From Podarcis erhardii (taxonomy: Eukaryota), in the NCBI GenBank assembly GCA_964252035.1, contig OZ176200.1: a stretch of DNA of 64,000 nucleotides; one strand, given 5' to 3'. Shown piece by piece: positions 36,234 through 48,630 of this stretch (its first letter is position 1; each line of letters starts with the position of its first letter). The position numbers and the translations under genes are program-made. The notes below the pieces were generated by a model. That model worked only from the letters and a program-made list of their open reading frames with translations, did not search any database and was not told the DNA's origin.

Positions 36234-37498
36234 TACTGCTCTTTATAAGAAGGTCCCAAAGTGTGTTACAGCAATTTAAAATGCACCACTAAAAACCGTT
36301 TTAAGAAATAGTGTTATGCTTAATGTGGTTGCGGGATACCTCTTGGGAACCCAATGCATGTTTTCATGGAATTAAAATGGAATATAATAAAGAAATGGAT
36401 AAATTACGCTGTGGACCCTACTGTTCCTAAGGCTATCTCTTAGTGACCCATCTCAGAACAAGAGCACATGATGACAGCTGGCTGAAGAAAGCAGAAAATG
36501 GACACTGCCTGAAAGCTGCATGAAGGGTGGCTTGTTTGAAGAGAAGATGGTCCCTGGTTGATCATATAACCTAGCCATACTTATAGAAGATAAGGTCATT
36601 CAGTGGAATCACTCCAGAGCATGTTACACAACACTCACCGCTTGGCTGTGTTGCCTGCATACTCAGAGAAGTTACTGGGAACACTGTAAAACTTTTCCAA
36701 GAAAGAGAAATATATATGCTATAACTCTGTTTGCAGGGTAAGATTTTCATCCCTTGCTTGAGATTATGGAAATACTATTCTACCCTCGTCCCCCTCCCCA
36801 TCATGTATTTATTTTTTAAAACAAGTGAATCCATTCTCTAGCCTTTCATTTTGCCTTTTCACACTCGCTTGGGGAATAATGAGTTTATTGCCCAGTCTGA
36901 AAGGGAAAGTTTTTGGGATCCTTTTCATTAAATGCACAGTGCTACCTTCCAGGTCTGCTCTGGAAGCTTTCTTATTGCCCGCCAGAAATTTACATCTGTT
37001 TGATTAACGTTTGGGGCTTTTGTGATTTTGCTTACTCTGGTTTAACCAAAAGTTAGCTAATTTCCTTTCGAAGTATTGGCAGGTGCTGTACATTCTCTGC
37101 AATAAGTGTGAAAGGATGTCATAGATGTCCCTCCTCCTTGTGCCTTGGAAGATATTTATGCTTCACAACCGGAATGCAAGATATTGCCATTGCCCTTCAT
37201 CTTTCAGCTCTCCAGAAAGAGCGTTGAGGCCAAATGTTCATCTGTCCTTCTTCTGCAGCTGAACCAGGGCCAGCACTACCATTAGGCAAAGTGAGGCAAT
37301 CAGCAGAACACACACACACCCTCTCACTCACCCCAGACATTCCTCCTAAGCTCCGTGGCTATTCCTCTCTATTGGAGATCAGAGTTGTGTCAAACAGCAT
37401 GTCATGTACTCCCTAAGTTAGCAGGATCCCTTATAATGCTCTCAGGTGCCATGAAAGATGTTCTCCCTTAGCCAGCAAGGTTCCTCCTCTCCCATTTA

Positions 37499-37664
37499 CC
37501 GTATTTCTCCTTCTATAAGACATCCCCATGTATAAGATGCCCCCTATTTTGGGGGTCTTGGATTTAAGAAAATGGGGGAAGAGGGCCCAGAGTATAAGAC
37601 GCCCCCTAATTTTTGACATTATTTTTTAGGGGAAAAACCTAGTCTTATACACGAAAAAATACGG
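37499..37664. mobile_element. Tc1/mariner-superfamily MITE
   Basis: TIR CCGTATTT/AAATACGG; TA at 37497-98 and 37665-66; internal TATAAGACGCCCC repeats. Confidence 0.82.
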
Positions 37665-38500
37665 TATATGGACTTGACTGGTAAGAAGGTAGTGACTTCT
37701 TCCTTTAGGTTTACTGAATGTCTGTGGCTTTCAAATTCAAAATAGTGTGCTCCTCAAATTTCTGCAAACTCATGGGCTATGTGGCCGAGTGGACAAAATG
37801 TTAAACAAGGTAGTCTGTTGTTCAGACCACCACCAATGCCCCAACTATGAAGCTCACTGAGTCACTCTGAGTGTTGGAAATTACAGATTTGAGTTGGAAA
37901 CATCATAATCAGAAACTGAGGTCTGGTTCAGAGAAATGTATGTCCAAGCTGTGCAGCCCTCTTTAAGAACAGAAAGAATGTCCAACTTTGCTTTCTTTGA
38001 TTGGGTGGCAGTATAACCATCTGGATTGACTAAGCTTGGTATAAACTCTAGGAAATTCTGGCCTTCTGCTCTTGCAAGCTTGACAGAGTATAATATGCTG
38101 GGGATACCAGCTTCCCACTTTCCTTCACAATCTCCAAGCTTATATTTGTGTGCATCTGCCCTTGGCTGGACTTTGACACAGAACAAATCATATCTCTCTA
38201 CCTAACATTAGCTTGCACAGAGAAATTTACATTAACACCTGATTAATGGGTAGCAATGAAGGTGATCCCTACTATAAATGATGGTGTTTTTATTTATGAG
38301 CCTGCTAACAAATGTTGTTGAAAGTGTCGTTGGTTTATTCATATTCTAAGAAGGGGGTAATGTTCAGTGTGAAACAGAAACACTGTTTATTCTTCAGCTG
38401 ACGAAGTCAATTCTATATTTATTTAACTGTTGAAAATGAGTTAAGGAAATGTTGCAATTAGGATATATATATATATTTATGGTTGTTCTTTTGGAGGGAT

Positions 38501-38502
<2 letters not shown>

Positions 38503-38534
<32 letters not shown>
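38503..38534. repeat. (GT)n microsatellite
   Basis: Direct inspection. Confidence 0.95.
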
Positions 38535-38535
<1 letters not shown>

Positions 38536-39273
38536 AAAATGCTTTGGTGGTTTGAGTAAAATGAATCTCATCTACAAAATCACTTGTTGAACCTCATGAC
38601 AGGAAGGCAAAGGAACATTTGAGAAAAGTGACCCACTGGGGCTAATCTAACAGGGAACTTATGAGAGGAAACATTTTGTAAACCTGATTCCGGAAATCTG
38701 ACAAACAGGAAGACCTGGAGAAATATTCAATGGGGTGATGAACTGAAGAGGAAAAGTCGGAGAGAGAATGGGCTCTATACACAGTGTCGGGTAAGGGGGG
38801 AGAGGAATAACATAGAAAATAATTAATTGTGCATTTCATTTGTCTGGGGAAGCTTCAAAAAAAAATTATGAAAGCAGCCATACAAGTAAAATCCATCTGC
38901 TGAGAATAGCTGTGTTTCTAAAGTAAGCAGCAAAGCAGGCCTGGGGTTAGAATACTAAAGTCTCGTCTGGCTCCAAGAGGCCATACAGCGCAGCAAGAAT
39001 GGGCAATGTGTTGCCCACCTGATGTTGCTGTACCCACCATCCTTGCCCTTTGGCCATGCCGTCTGGTGCTGATGGGAGTCAGAGGTGAACAATATCTGGA
39101 AGACCGCAGGTTCCCCATCCCTGAAGTACAGGAATAATGTGGAGGTTGTGAGTTAGAATTTGGCAAGATAGGCAATAATTGATGTGCAAGCTAAAGCACA
39201 GACATGGGGAGGCAGTCTAGAGCAGATTTAGCACCCACAGTCAAGGGTTCTGCGGGGGATCCTTGTGACATTA

Positions 39274-39500
39274 AGAATAGAAGAACATAAAAAACCTACT
39301 ACGTCAGGCCAAGGGCCCATCTAGCCCAACATAATAAATAATAATAAATTCTTTTTATTTATATCCTGCCCTCCCCAGCCGAAGCCGGGCTCAGGGGGAG
39401 GGAGGCACACAAGCCAGACTTGAACACAAGAGCCCTCTCCCCACCTGCAATTCTGATATTCAGAAACATACTGTCTTGGACAGTGGAGGTACAGCATATT
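39274..39500 (-). mobile_element. CR1 3'-end fragment interrupted by a ~70-bp L2 tail (about 39330-39398)
   Basis: CR1-type AAGAACATAA...GCCCATCTAGCCCA; the inserted segment resembles the reverse complement of the L2 end at 62013-62078. Confidence 0.65.
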
Positions 39501-39767
39501 CATCAGGGTTGGTGGCCTTTGAAGGGACCATCAGGACATCCTTGTAATTGTGCATCATAATTATCTGTATCATGATAGTATTGGAGTGGTTTTACACAAT
39601 GCTGCTTTTAATACTGTTTGTGCCTGCAAAGGTTTGGGATGGATCTGCTTCATTTCCAAGTCAGTGCATGTTCTGTGGTTCCCTGAGGAAATCCTGTAAC
39701 TTTTCATAACACAAATTTAGAGGGTTGCTGTTGTTTGGGTCTACTTTTGTTGCACTCTAAGAGAATA

Positions 39768-40133
39768 GGGACGCGGGTGGTGCTGTGGTCTAAACCACAG
39801 AGCCTAGGGCTTGCTGATTGGAAGGTCGGAGGTTCAAATCCCCATGACAGGGTGAGCTCCTGTTGCTCGGTCCCAGCTCCTGCCAACCTAGCAGTTCAAA
39901 AGCATATCAAAGTGCAAGTAGATAAATAGGTACCACTCCGGTGGGAAGGTAAACGGCGTTTCCGTGTGCTGCTTTGGTTTCACCAGAAGCAGCTTAGTCA
40001 TGTTGGCCACATGACCTGGAAAAACTGTCTGTGGACAAACATCGACTCCCTCGGCCAATAAAGTGAGATGAGCGCCGCAACCCCAGAGTCGTTTGCAACT
40101 AGACCTAACTGTCAGGGGTCCTTTACCTTTTTT
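39768..40133 (+). mobile_element. Sauria SINE, full length
   Basis: Head GGGACGCGGGTGGT, tail CCTTTACCTTT; TAAGAGAA on both flanks. Confidence 0.93.
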
Positions 40134-41610
40134 AGGTTTTAAGAGAACAATGCCTCTCCAGACGGCAGTAATACAGCAAGACTGGATAAGCATCACAAGG
40201 CAATGAATAAAGCAGAATCTTGTGTGGTTGGTCCAGTGTGAATCCATCACTAGGCATGATTATTGCATCAGTGGCAGGCTGCAGAAAACACCCACAAATA
40301 AGCCACCATTCTGGAGGGGCCCTAGGTGAGTAGAATACTGGAAAGGCTTCTCAAATGTTACATGTTTCCTTCATGGAAAGTAGTTCCATGTAGGAAAAAG
40401 CATGAAACCTCCATGTACATTGTCACTTGCACCTATCACACATATATCTCTCTGGCTTGCTTATATAGCAGTGCTGAGAAGCCTGCAGTTGGGAAGCCAT
40501 GTAGCTTGTGAATTATGGGTCCCATCCTGCAGCAAGGTGGGGGGACCAAGATCTCTAAGCAGAAACCACAAACCAGAACCTTAGCTCAGAGGCAGATTTA
40601 GAGCAGCACAACCGGTTTCCCCACACTGGGCACCAAGCCTAGGGAGTCCCACAGGGCACCACAACTATGACATAGTGAATTGAGCAGAATGGAAGGTGAG
40701 AGGCAGGGGGCGCACTGAATTTGACCTCACACAGTACACCGCTGAAATTTGAAAGACCAAAGTCTGCCCCTGCTAAAGTTGCATGGTGCAAATGACTGGG
40801 ACTGTGCAATTGGAGCGAATTTAGAGAATCTGGATACAGGGAATTTCAGCTAGCTAGAGGGCCATTCAAAGGAAACAAAGCCGATCATTGAGACTAAAAA
40901 GGCACAGTATTCCAGTGTGCAGTATTAATCCGAAACCCAAAATCATTGAGGAGCTCAAGTCAGCAGAAAGTGCAATGAGAAAGCCAGATAGACGTTATGC
41001 AAACCACTGCTGGACTGAACAAGAAGTACAAAGGGGCTCTGGCTCAGAGAACCTCTAGTAGTGTCTGCAATGAGAATAAAAATATCTTTTCCCCACTGCC
41101 ACGAACCTGAGTACAAAACTCTCCTCTGCTCCCATAGCTGCCCTCCCAGGTTGCTCCTGGTTTCATTATAAAGACACTTGCAAATGTTACAAGGCATTTT
41201 CCCATCAACAGGAATAGAAATACTAGAAACATCTGGCGTCACAGACTTTGGGCTGACACATGCAACTCTAGCAGGAAATGGTTCTTATTAGTAATGATGA
41301 CAAATCTTGTAATTAGGGGGATCAGAATTCAGCTCTCGACCATTCTTAGTGCCTCTGTGTATTCAGAGCCAAACCCTCTTGCACTGAAATTCTTAAACCA
41401 TTTGTAATAAATAAAATAAAATAAAATAAAATGTACTATGAATGTAGTGTGCCAGTTTTGCACTGGCATGTCCTGCTTTTCTTCACCTGTGTGGGTGTCA
41501 TTTATGGTTAGCTGCTACATTGGAAGATGTCCATAAGTCTCTGGGTTGCATCTAATGTAGTGCTGAGTAACTTGTTCCATCAGCTCAAGGATTTGCCCTT
41601 GCACAATGGG

Positions 41611-41772
41611 CTACTGGAGTAGCTTGCCGGTTCCTGCTCCAGGTGGATCACGTTTGGTCAAAACTCTCCACTATGACCTGTCCATCTTGGGTGGCCCTGC
41701 ACGGCATAGCTCATAGCTTCTCTGAGTTATTCAAGCCCCTTCGCCACGGCAATGCACTGATCCATGAAGGGG
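41611..41772 (-). mobile_element. Bov-B (RTE) fragment
   Basis: TACTGGAGTAGCTTGCC and ACTCTCCACTATGACCTGTCCATCTTGGGTGGCCCTGCACGGCATAGCTCATAG are characteristic of Bov-B. Confidence 0.8.
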
Positions 41773-42070
41773 AAAATACAATGTTAAGTTCTCCTAATCA
41801 TTGCAGGAAAAAGGAGATAACATCTTTTTCAGGGGATGAAGGTTCTTCCCCAGGGTGGGTGACACTAGGGTTCAGCACAGCATGAAGTATATAGAGATTT
41901 TGGAGGGGAAAGTAGCAGTCAGAAAGGAACTCTATGGTGGGCAGTCATCCCATCTGATAGGTGACTTTGCTTGTGTACATCTACCACTTTCATTTCTGCT
42001 GGCGGATCATCTGCTACCCACCTCATCATCCTCATCCACATGGAACTCTGTGTTTGTAAATAAAAATCAC

Positions 42071-42221
42071 ATAGAATCATAGAATTACAGAGCTGGAAGG
42101 GACAACGATGGTCATCTAGTCCAATCTAGTCCCCGCAGTGCAGGAATCTTTCACCCTGTGTGGGGCTCAAACCCTTGACCTTGAGATGAAGAGTATTGTG
42201 CTCCACTGACTGAGCTATCCC
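42071..42221 (-). mobile_element. tRNA-derived SINE with CR1 tail (Squam2-like)
   Basis: Minus strand GGATAGCTCAGTCAGTGGAGCA head and GACTAGATGACC...TTCTATGATTCTAT CR1-type tail. Confidence 0.75.
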
Positions 42222-44652
42222 ATGCAAACAACCTGTCATGGGTGAGGCATTGTGATGCATGATGTACAGGAAAGGAAGAGAAAGGGAAGGGAACATGACA
42301 TATGTGCCGAGGCAATGTCTTTACTGCCCCCACACTCTAATTCCAAAATAGCACTGCAAAAGTGTGGGTGGACAGAAGGCAAAACAAGTATAATTTGAAA
42401 ACTCAGAAAAGAGGAAGCCTTTAAATGAGAGATCTCTGATGTCATTCTCAGCTGATGAGCTGATAATGAGCCAGGAGGGAAACCACAAATTTCTACAGCT
42501 CCAGAATCAATAGTGGTATAAGAAGCAGAGCATCAGCCATGGTATCCCCTATTAACATGTCAATGTTACACCTTCATCAGATCCTGCCAATCTAGATTTA
42601 GCCTTTCAGGCTTATATTGGAGGTGTGATTCATATTGATCCAAGGGGATGCCTGCAAGACCATCATCTTTCAAAGGCAAGTGATTACCACCAGGATACCA
42701 CTTTTCTTTCCCTCTCATAGACTGAATTTGGATTGTGTCCCCAAGGAAAGGATGACTAGAGGAAAATGTCAACAGATGTTTTGGAGCTACAAAATGAACT
42801 TAGCAGCATGTCTGTTGAAGATGCTGCTATTCTGAGGCATTCTGAGACTGCACAGAGGGTTGGACAGGGGCTCTGTGAGAGCATGCAAGATATGTTAAAT
42901 TCTGCAAATCACTTGATAATTACAGAATTCTAGTAACTGCTTAAGGGAAAGTGTTGTTGATGAAGCTGCCAGTCAGGAAGTCAGGGCTTTACCTTTGTTA
43001 CAATCATGCCTGCCTGTCAGGACTCCACCCAGCACTGCACACTGAACCTGGGGGATGTCCAGCAGGAATTCTCCCTCTGAAATACCACTCATTTCTGGAG
43101 AAAGTAAGGAATTGCATAAAGATTATGCTCATCAGCAAGGAAGCCTCAACAACCATAGGCCAGAGTGGATCAGTTATGATTCCCAGTCCCCTGGCCCATA
43201 TTTAACCTGTCTGGTCAGACAGGCTGCCTTACTTGCCAACTTGAACATCTGGGAGGTAGGTCTCTGTTGTTGTTACTGCTCCTCATTCAAATTACAAACC
43301 ACTTTCACCTTGTCCCACTTCAAACTAGAGAAAAACCAGGTGTGGGCCTGCCTGTCTTGCAAACTAAACATGCTCTCAAGGAATCCCTGCAAGCTGGCTA
43401 TCAGAGTCTGAACCCCACACAAGAGCTGAGATCAGCTTCTGGCTGGATTTAGATCACACAAAGGGAGTTGCTGAGTCATGGGCCTGTGTGACGACTGTCA
43501 TCAGCTTGGCAGTGTTTACAATATGCAACCACCAGCACAAAGTCTCTGAGAGGCTCTGCCCATGTCATCCATCATAGGGTGGATTTGGCTGAGTACGGTA
43601 GGTAATTAATGAAGTGATATTGATAGGAAAGTAGGGGGGAACATCTCTGGCATCCAAATGGGCCCACACATGCCAAGGAAAGTGTAAGCAGATCGCTGAA
43701 AAATTCAGTCAAATGTGTGGCTGACAGGGATGGAATCAAAGCTGCCCTGCCTTCCTCAATGCCACTTCAATGCTCTCGTGGCATAAATGATTCCATGATT
43801 ATGGTTTATGAGTTGCACAGAGTGGAGGAAACAGATTCAACCCCATCCTTCACCACTTAAGCAGCTGATGGGCAAAGACCTTTATATGAAAAATGAACTG
43901 TGAAAGCATGTATTGGACATCAGTGCTCAAAACCGTTTACCTCCTGAATGGAGCCCTATAGACATCAGTAGGAATACTCCAGAGAACATGGCTTAATTGG
44001 CAGACTGAAACATCTCATGGGCATAGCCAGGGTTTTTGTTAGGGGGCAGGACTTTGTTAGGGGGGGGGCAGGACTTGTTTATAAGTTCTGAATAAGGCTA
44101 ATATTATTCAGTCGAATCTCTCTCTCTCTCTCTCTTCCTCTCTCCCTCCCTTGCTCCCATGCAAAATGCTTTCTGGACCGTTTCTTGAGTTGTCGACAAA
44201 CAATGCATGCTCCCAGTTCTTGATTCCTAGAGTGCCTTTTGAGGATAATGTAGTAGTTGTTTTAAGGCTAATTTGGAAATCTAGAAAGCAAAGAGGGGGA
44301 AAACTGAAAAGCTACCTCTGTACTGGTAGAATTCAGCATTCAAAGGGGGCAGAGGTCCAATAACCAAGTTGAAAACAGGTCCCTTTTGTGAAAATCCATG
44401 AATAGGTGGATGTTTCTACAGTCAGAACAACAAAGCAAACAAGCAAAAAGATAGAATGCCCTGATAAAGCCGAGACTATGGTTAAGATTAAAAGAGTTGT
44501 GAAACATTTGCGCAAACAAGCTGGCCGTTGTATTAGAGAGATTATGATAAGGTTACTAATTACTAACCATTTAATGATGTACTAAGCAGAGCATTAACAA
44601 CCTGGAAATGGAGTTCAAATCAGGACACAACACTGTCAACCCAATCTAGCTG

Positions 44653-45330
44653 CTTGCTCAGGCTGAAGGCCTATCTAGTCCAGCATCCTGTTTTCACAAA
44701 GGCCAACTAGATCCCTATGGGAAGACAAAGCCCATAAGCGGGACATGAGCACAACAGCACTTCCTGAATTGTGTTCTTCAGAAATGGGTATTCAGAGGTG
44801 GTACACAGCCACCATGGCTAGGGGCCACTGATAGACCCTTTTAAACCTCTTTTTAAGCCATGCACTTTGGTGGCCATCACTACCTCTAGTGAGAGTGAGT
44901 TCCACTGCTTATTTTTTTCTTGTCCATCCTGAATCTTCCAAAATTCAACTTCATTGGATGACCATGGGTTCTAGTTTTATGAGCAAGAGTGGAAAAACAT
45001 CTGTGTCCACTTTTTCAATACACTGCAGCATTTTATACACCTCTAACATGTTCTCCTCTCCCATTTCCTCCCTAAACTTAAAAGCCCTAAATGTTGTAAC
45101 GTTTCTCTATGTGGGAGTCGATCGTTTTAGTTGCTCTTTTGCTTTACAAGTTCCTTTTTAACCAGTCTTCCAATACGGGGGAAGTTTCCTCTTTTGAAGT
45201 GAAATGTGACCATGCTGAACCTTCTCAGCAATTCCCAACTTACATATATGTTGAATTTGATAGCACTGTGGTCACTGTTCTCTATCAGATCCGCAGCACA
45301 CGCTTCTCACACAATGTTGTGGGTACCTCT
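44653..45330 (-). mobile_element. Degraded CR1 LINE 3' part
   Basis: Antisense CR1 3'UTR and ORF2 C-terminal remnants (GGATGACCATGGGTTCTAG, AAAATTCAACTTCA); boundaries approximate. Confidence 0.75.
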
Positions 45331-45826
45331 TAAGATTAAATCCAGGGTTGCCTCCCGTTATAAAGCTGGGTAGCTTTGTCCAGAATAATCAAATCACCCA
45401 CTACCAGAAACCACCCACTACCCTGCCCACTGGAGGCACAAGAGGATATCAGTTCACCCCCCAAAAAATGATTTGCTTCTAAGGCTCATTTCCCTCTTCC
45501 TCGGGGTAGGGTTTGCCCACTCATGAGACAAGGTGAGGCGACTGCCTCAGGTGGCAGGATCTGCAGGGGCAGCAGATGTCAATGTAGAACTTTCCTCCCT
45601 TTTCCTTGATGTAGATCTTTACTCACTTCTTCTTCCCTGACAGAGAGAGAGCTGCCATTTTGAGGCTTGTCTCAAGGGCCAAAATGTCTTGGGCTAGCCC
45701 TGTCTCAGAGTAATGCCTCCTTTCCCAAGACCCTCATCCTCCATGACTGTGCTCTTGTTACAGTTTTAGATGAAATAAAAAAATTCCTTCCAGTAGCACC
45801 TTAAAGACCAACTAAGTTAGTTCTTG

Positions 45827-45864
45827 GTATGAGCTTTCGTGTGCATGCACACTTCTTCAGATAC
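45827..45864 (-). ncRNA. Minimal type I hammerhead ribozyme motif
   Basis: Reverse complement of the motif at 46191-46228. Confidence 0.8.
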
Positions 45865-46190
45865 AGTGAAACAGAAGTCACCAGACCCTTCTATATAGTG
45901 AGAAGGTGGGGAGGGGTATTACTCAGAAGGGTGGTGGGATTGGGTGATTGGCAGATAGCTGTGATGAGCCTGTCGACGACTCTTAACGACTGCAATAGGT
46001 CTTGCAGGAAAAAGCAAGGGGTGAGAAGGTGAAAAATGGCTTTGTCATGTATAATGAGATAAGAATCCAATGTCTTTGTTCAGACCAGGTCTCTCCATGG
46101 TTTTAAGTTTGGTAATAAGTTGCAATTCAGCAATAATACCCCTCCCCACCTTCTCACTATATAGAAGGGTCTGGTGACTTCTGTTTTACT

Positions 46191-46228
46191 GTATCTGAAG
46201 AAGTGTGCATGCACACGAAAGCTCATAC
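46191..46228 (+). ncRNA. Minimal type I hammerhead ribozyme motif
   Basis: Helix I GUAU/AUAC, core CUGAAGA, extra A, helix II GUGUG-CAUG-CACAC, GAAA, palindromic AGCU helix III, predicted cleavage after CUC at 46224. Confidence 0.82.
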
Positions 46229-47593
46229 CAAGAACTAACTTAGCTGGTCTTTAAGGTGCTACTGGAAGGAATTTTTTTATTTTTTTATTTTGTTTTGACC
46301 ATGGCAGACCAACACGGCTACTTATCTGTAACGAGTTTTAGATGATGCATCAATAAAACAAATTAACAAATAAAAGGGTAGAGATTACTCTTTCTGTGCA
46401 TAGCTGCCTAAGCCGCTGGGGCTCAGATGCTTTAGGGGTTGGGATTCCCCTCTTGCTCATGCAGCATTGGTCATGACTTTTTTTTGGAACCAATGAAACT
46501 AGTGGTTGTGACTAACTCAAGATTCATAACTTTCGGTGGGACAATAGCCCTCCTCAAGTGTTCTGATACTATGTTAATGAAACATGAGAGGCAGGTTTGT
46601 TAGCTTTAGGGATGTGTGGATCTGCCAGTTTTGGTTTCTCTCAGTTTCTAATTTTCCCACTCTTCAGTTCTTCACATTTCCACTACAGTTTGCCAACTTT
46701 TAAAAAAAATTCTCCTGAAAATTCAGCAGCATTTTAGTGTGAAGATCTCTTATTATAACCATGTTTGTCCATAATTTGTATGCCTAATATATACATTTCT
46801 GCAAACAGTTTCCCATAATAGAACACAGTTTGCATGTTATGTTCACTAATAAATTCATTCTTTATGCACACACATTACTTGGCCGGAGAACTGCATTGCA
46901 AAATTCTATGGGTAAATTTAAACAATGGCTGTGTTTTGGTTTGTGCATTATTTCAGAAACTGTGAGTTAGGTAAATTTGGAGATTGTGGCTTTAATTACG
47001 GCATGGATCTGTCAAAACGCCATAAAACAGTTCCACTGGGTCAGAGCCGGCACATGACTCCTAAAATCACTTACAAAGATAAGGAAAAGACTTATAAGTA
47101 ACACATAAAGATGCTGCAGAAATTCCAGCCCAGGTAGGTTTAATTGGAAACGTTTTCTAACATTTCCTGACCCTATACGCTGATGACTTGTTTGGAGAAA
47201 GATGTCAGTTCTGCTCAGTCAGTGATTTCATTGCTAGGACTCCTTTGTTCCAAACTGGTCCAGTTAGTATAGCACACACCTCCTGTAGTGGTGACGGCCT
47301 TGAAGGCAAGAAAGAACAATGAGAAACGTCAGTACATTCATGGTCCTGATCCACCATTCTTTTTTTTTTTTAAAAAAAGGAAAAAAACCAGCCCATGTTA
47401 ATTTGCAGAGTCTTCTCAGTAGTGGCCTCTTCCTTATGGAACTCTCCCCCAAGATGACACTCTCAATAACAGGATTTAAGAAAGCTTTGAAAACCAAACA
47501 ACTTCTCGTCACTTTCAACTTAGTTTATTAATCATGCTGCCATTTTGTTGGTGTTTTATTGCTGCGGAGATACCAGCAGAATTTTATTTTAAT

Positions 47594-47730
47594 TAGTGCT
47601 ATTTTTCTAGAAAAAGAGGTGCCAGAACTCAACATGAATGCCTCCCTTGTTCTCTTATAATGGCAATGATGCCCACCTGAGAGGTGCTGGTACTGAGTTC
47701 CAGTGAGTTCTGATTGAACAAAAAACCCAC
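47594..47730. mobile_element. hAT-like MITE
   Basis: AGTGCTATTTTTCTAGAAAAAGAGGTGCCAGAACTC start with GAGGTGCTGGTACTGAGTTCC internal repeat; right end degraded. Confidence 0.55.
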
Positions 47731-47809
47731 CCCTGATTTTAATGTATTTTTGGTTTCTTACATTTTTTAAAATTTTGAAATTCCCCTGCTTGTCTTGATT
47801 TCGTCAGAA

Positions 47810-48125
47810 TGCACCCTGGTCTTACATGCATTAGTTACATTTTGATTGGGCTGCTGCCGTGCATCTTATGTGGGGCTGCCTTTGAAAACCACTGGGAAAC
47901 ATCAGTTGGCGCAGGATACTTTTGCTGGGGCAAAGTGTTGGGATCACAGGAAACATATATTTTCTGGACTGCACTGGCTGCCAGTTCATTTCTGGGTGCA
48001 ATTCAAAGTGCTGGTTCTGGCCTCTGGAAAGCTTGGGACCAAGGTACTAAAAAAACCATCTCTTCCTATGTGAATGTGCCTTAAGATGTGCTTTCTCTGT
48101 GGTAGCACCCCACCTAAGAGGTGTC
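47810..48125 (+). mobile_element. Old L2 ORF2 C-terminal fragment
   Basis: YVGLPLKT and GLHWLPVHFWVQFKVLVLA motifs as in the 613-aa L2 ORF. Confidence 0.8.
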
Positions 48126-48581
48126 AATCAGCCTCCTTTTTTGTGTCCTGCTGGCAACAGAATATATATTTCTTTTTAAATAATATCTCGGATCTGTTTT
48201 TTTGCTTCCTATAACTGGCTAATTGTTGGTATTGGCTCTTTTGTCTCCTTGTTCCATGATGTTGCTTTTAGTCAGAAAACCATTTTTTTATGATGAATTA
48301 TTCTTATTTGTGTGTTCCTGTTTATATTTTGATAAAGCCACTTCAAATAACTTTTTCTTGGAGGGGAAAAGTGGAGCATTTAAAAAAAATGTAAATCAAT
48401 TAAATAAAGATGACTTTATTTTATTTCTATGCTTATCTCTTATTGGCTACGTTGGGTGGACCTAATTTAGAAAGGCTGCATATAAATATATAATAAATAT
48501 ATATAAATATAATATATAATAAAAAATATATATAATAAAATAAACACCCATATTGCAATGCTCATAAAGTGATCCTCCCTC

Positions 48582-48630
48582 CCTTCCTTCCTTCCTTCCT
48601 TCCTTCCTTCCTTCCTTCCTTCCTTCCTTC
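48582..48630. repeat. (TTCC)n microsatellite
   Basis: Direct inspection. Confidence 0.95.

Larger units (their letters stand above)
45774..46333. mobile_element. Penelope-like element insertion with inverted pseudo-LTRs
   Basis: 12-bp TSD AGTTTTAGATGA at 45762-45773 and 46334-46345; 148-bp inverted arms 45774-45921 and 46134-46281; minus strand 46131-46045 encodes AELQLITKLKTMERPGLNKDIGFLSHYT*, resembling a PLE GIY-YIG C-terminus. Confidence 0.88.
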
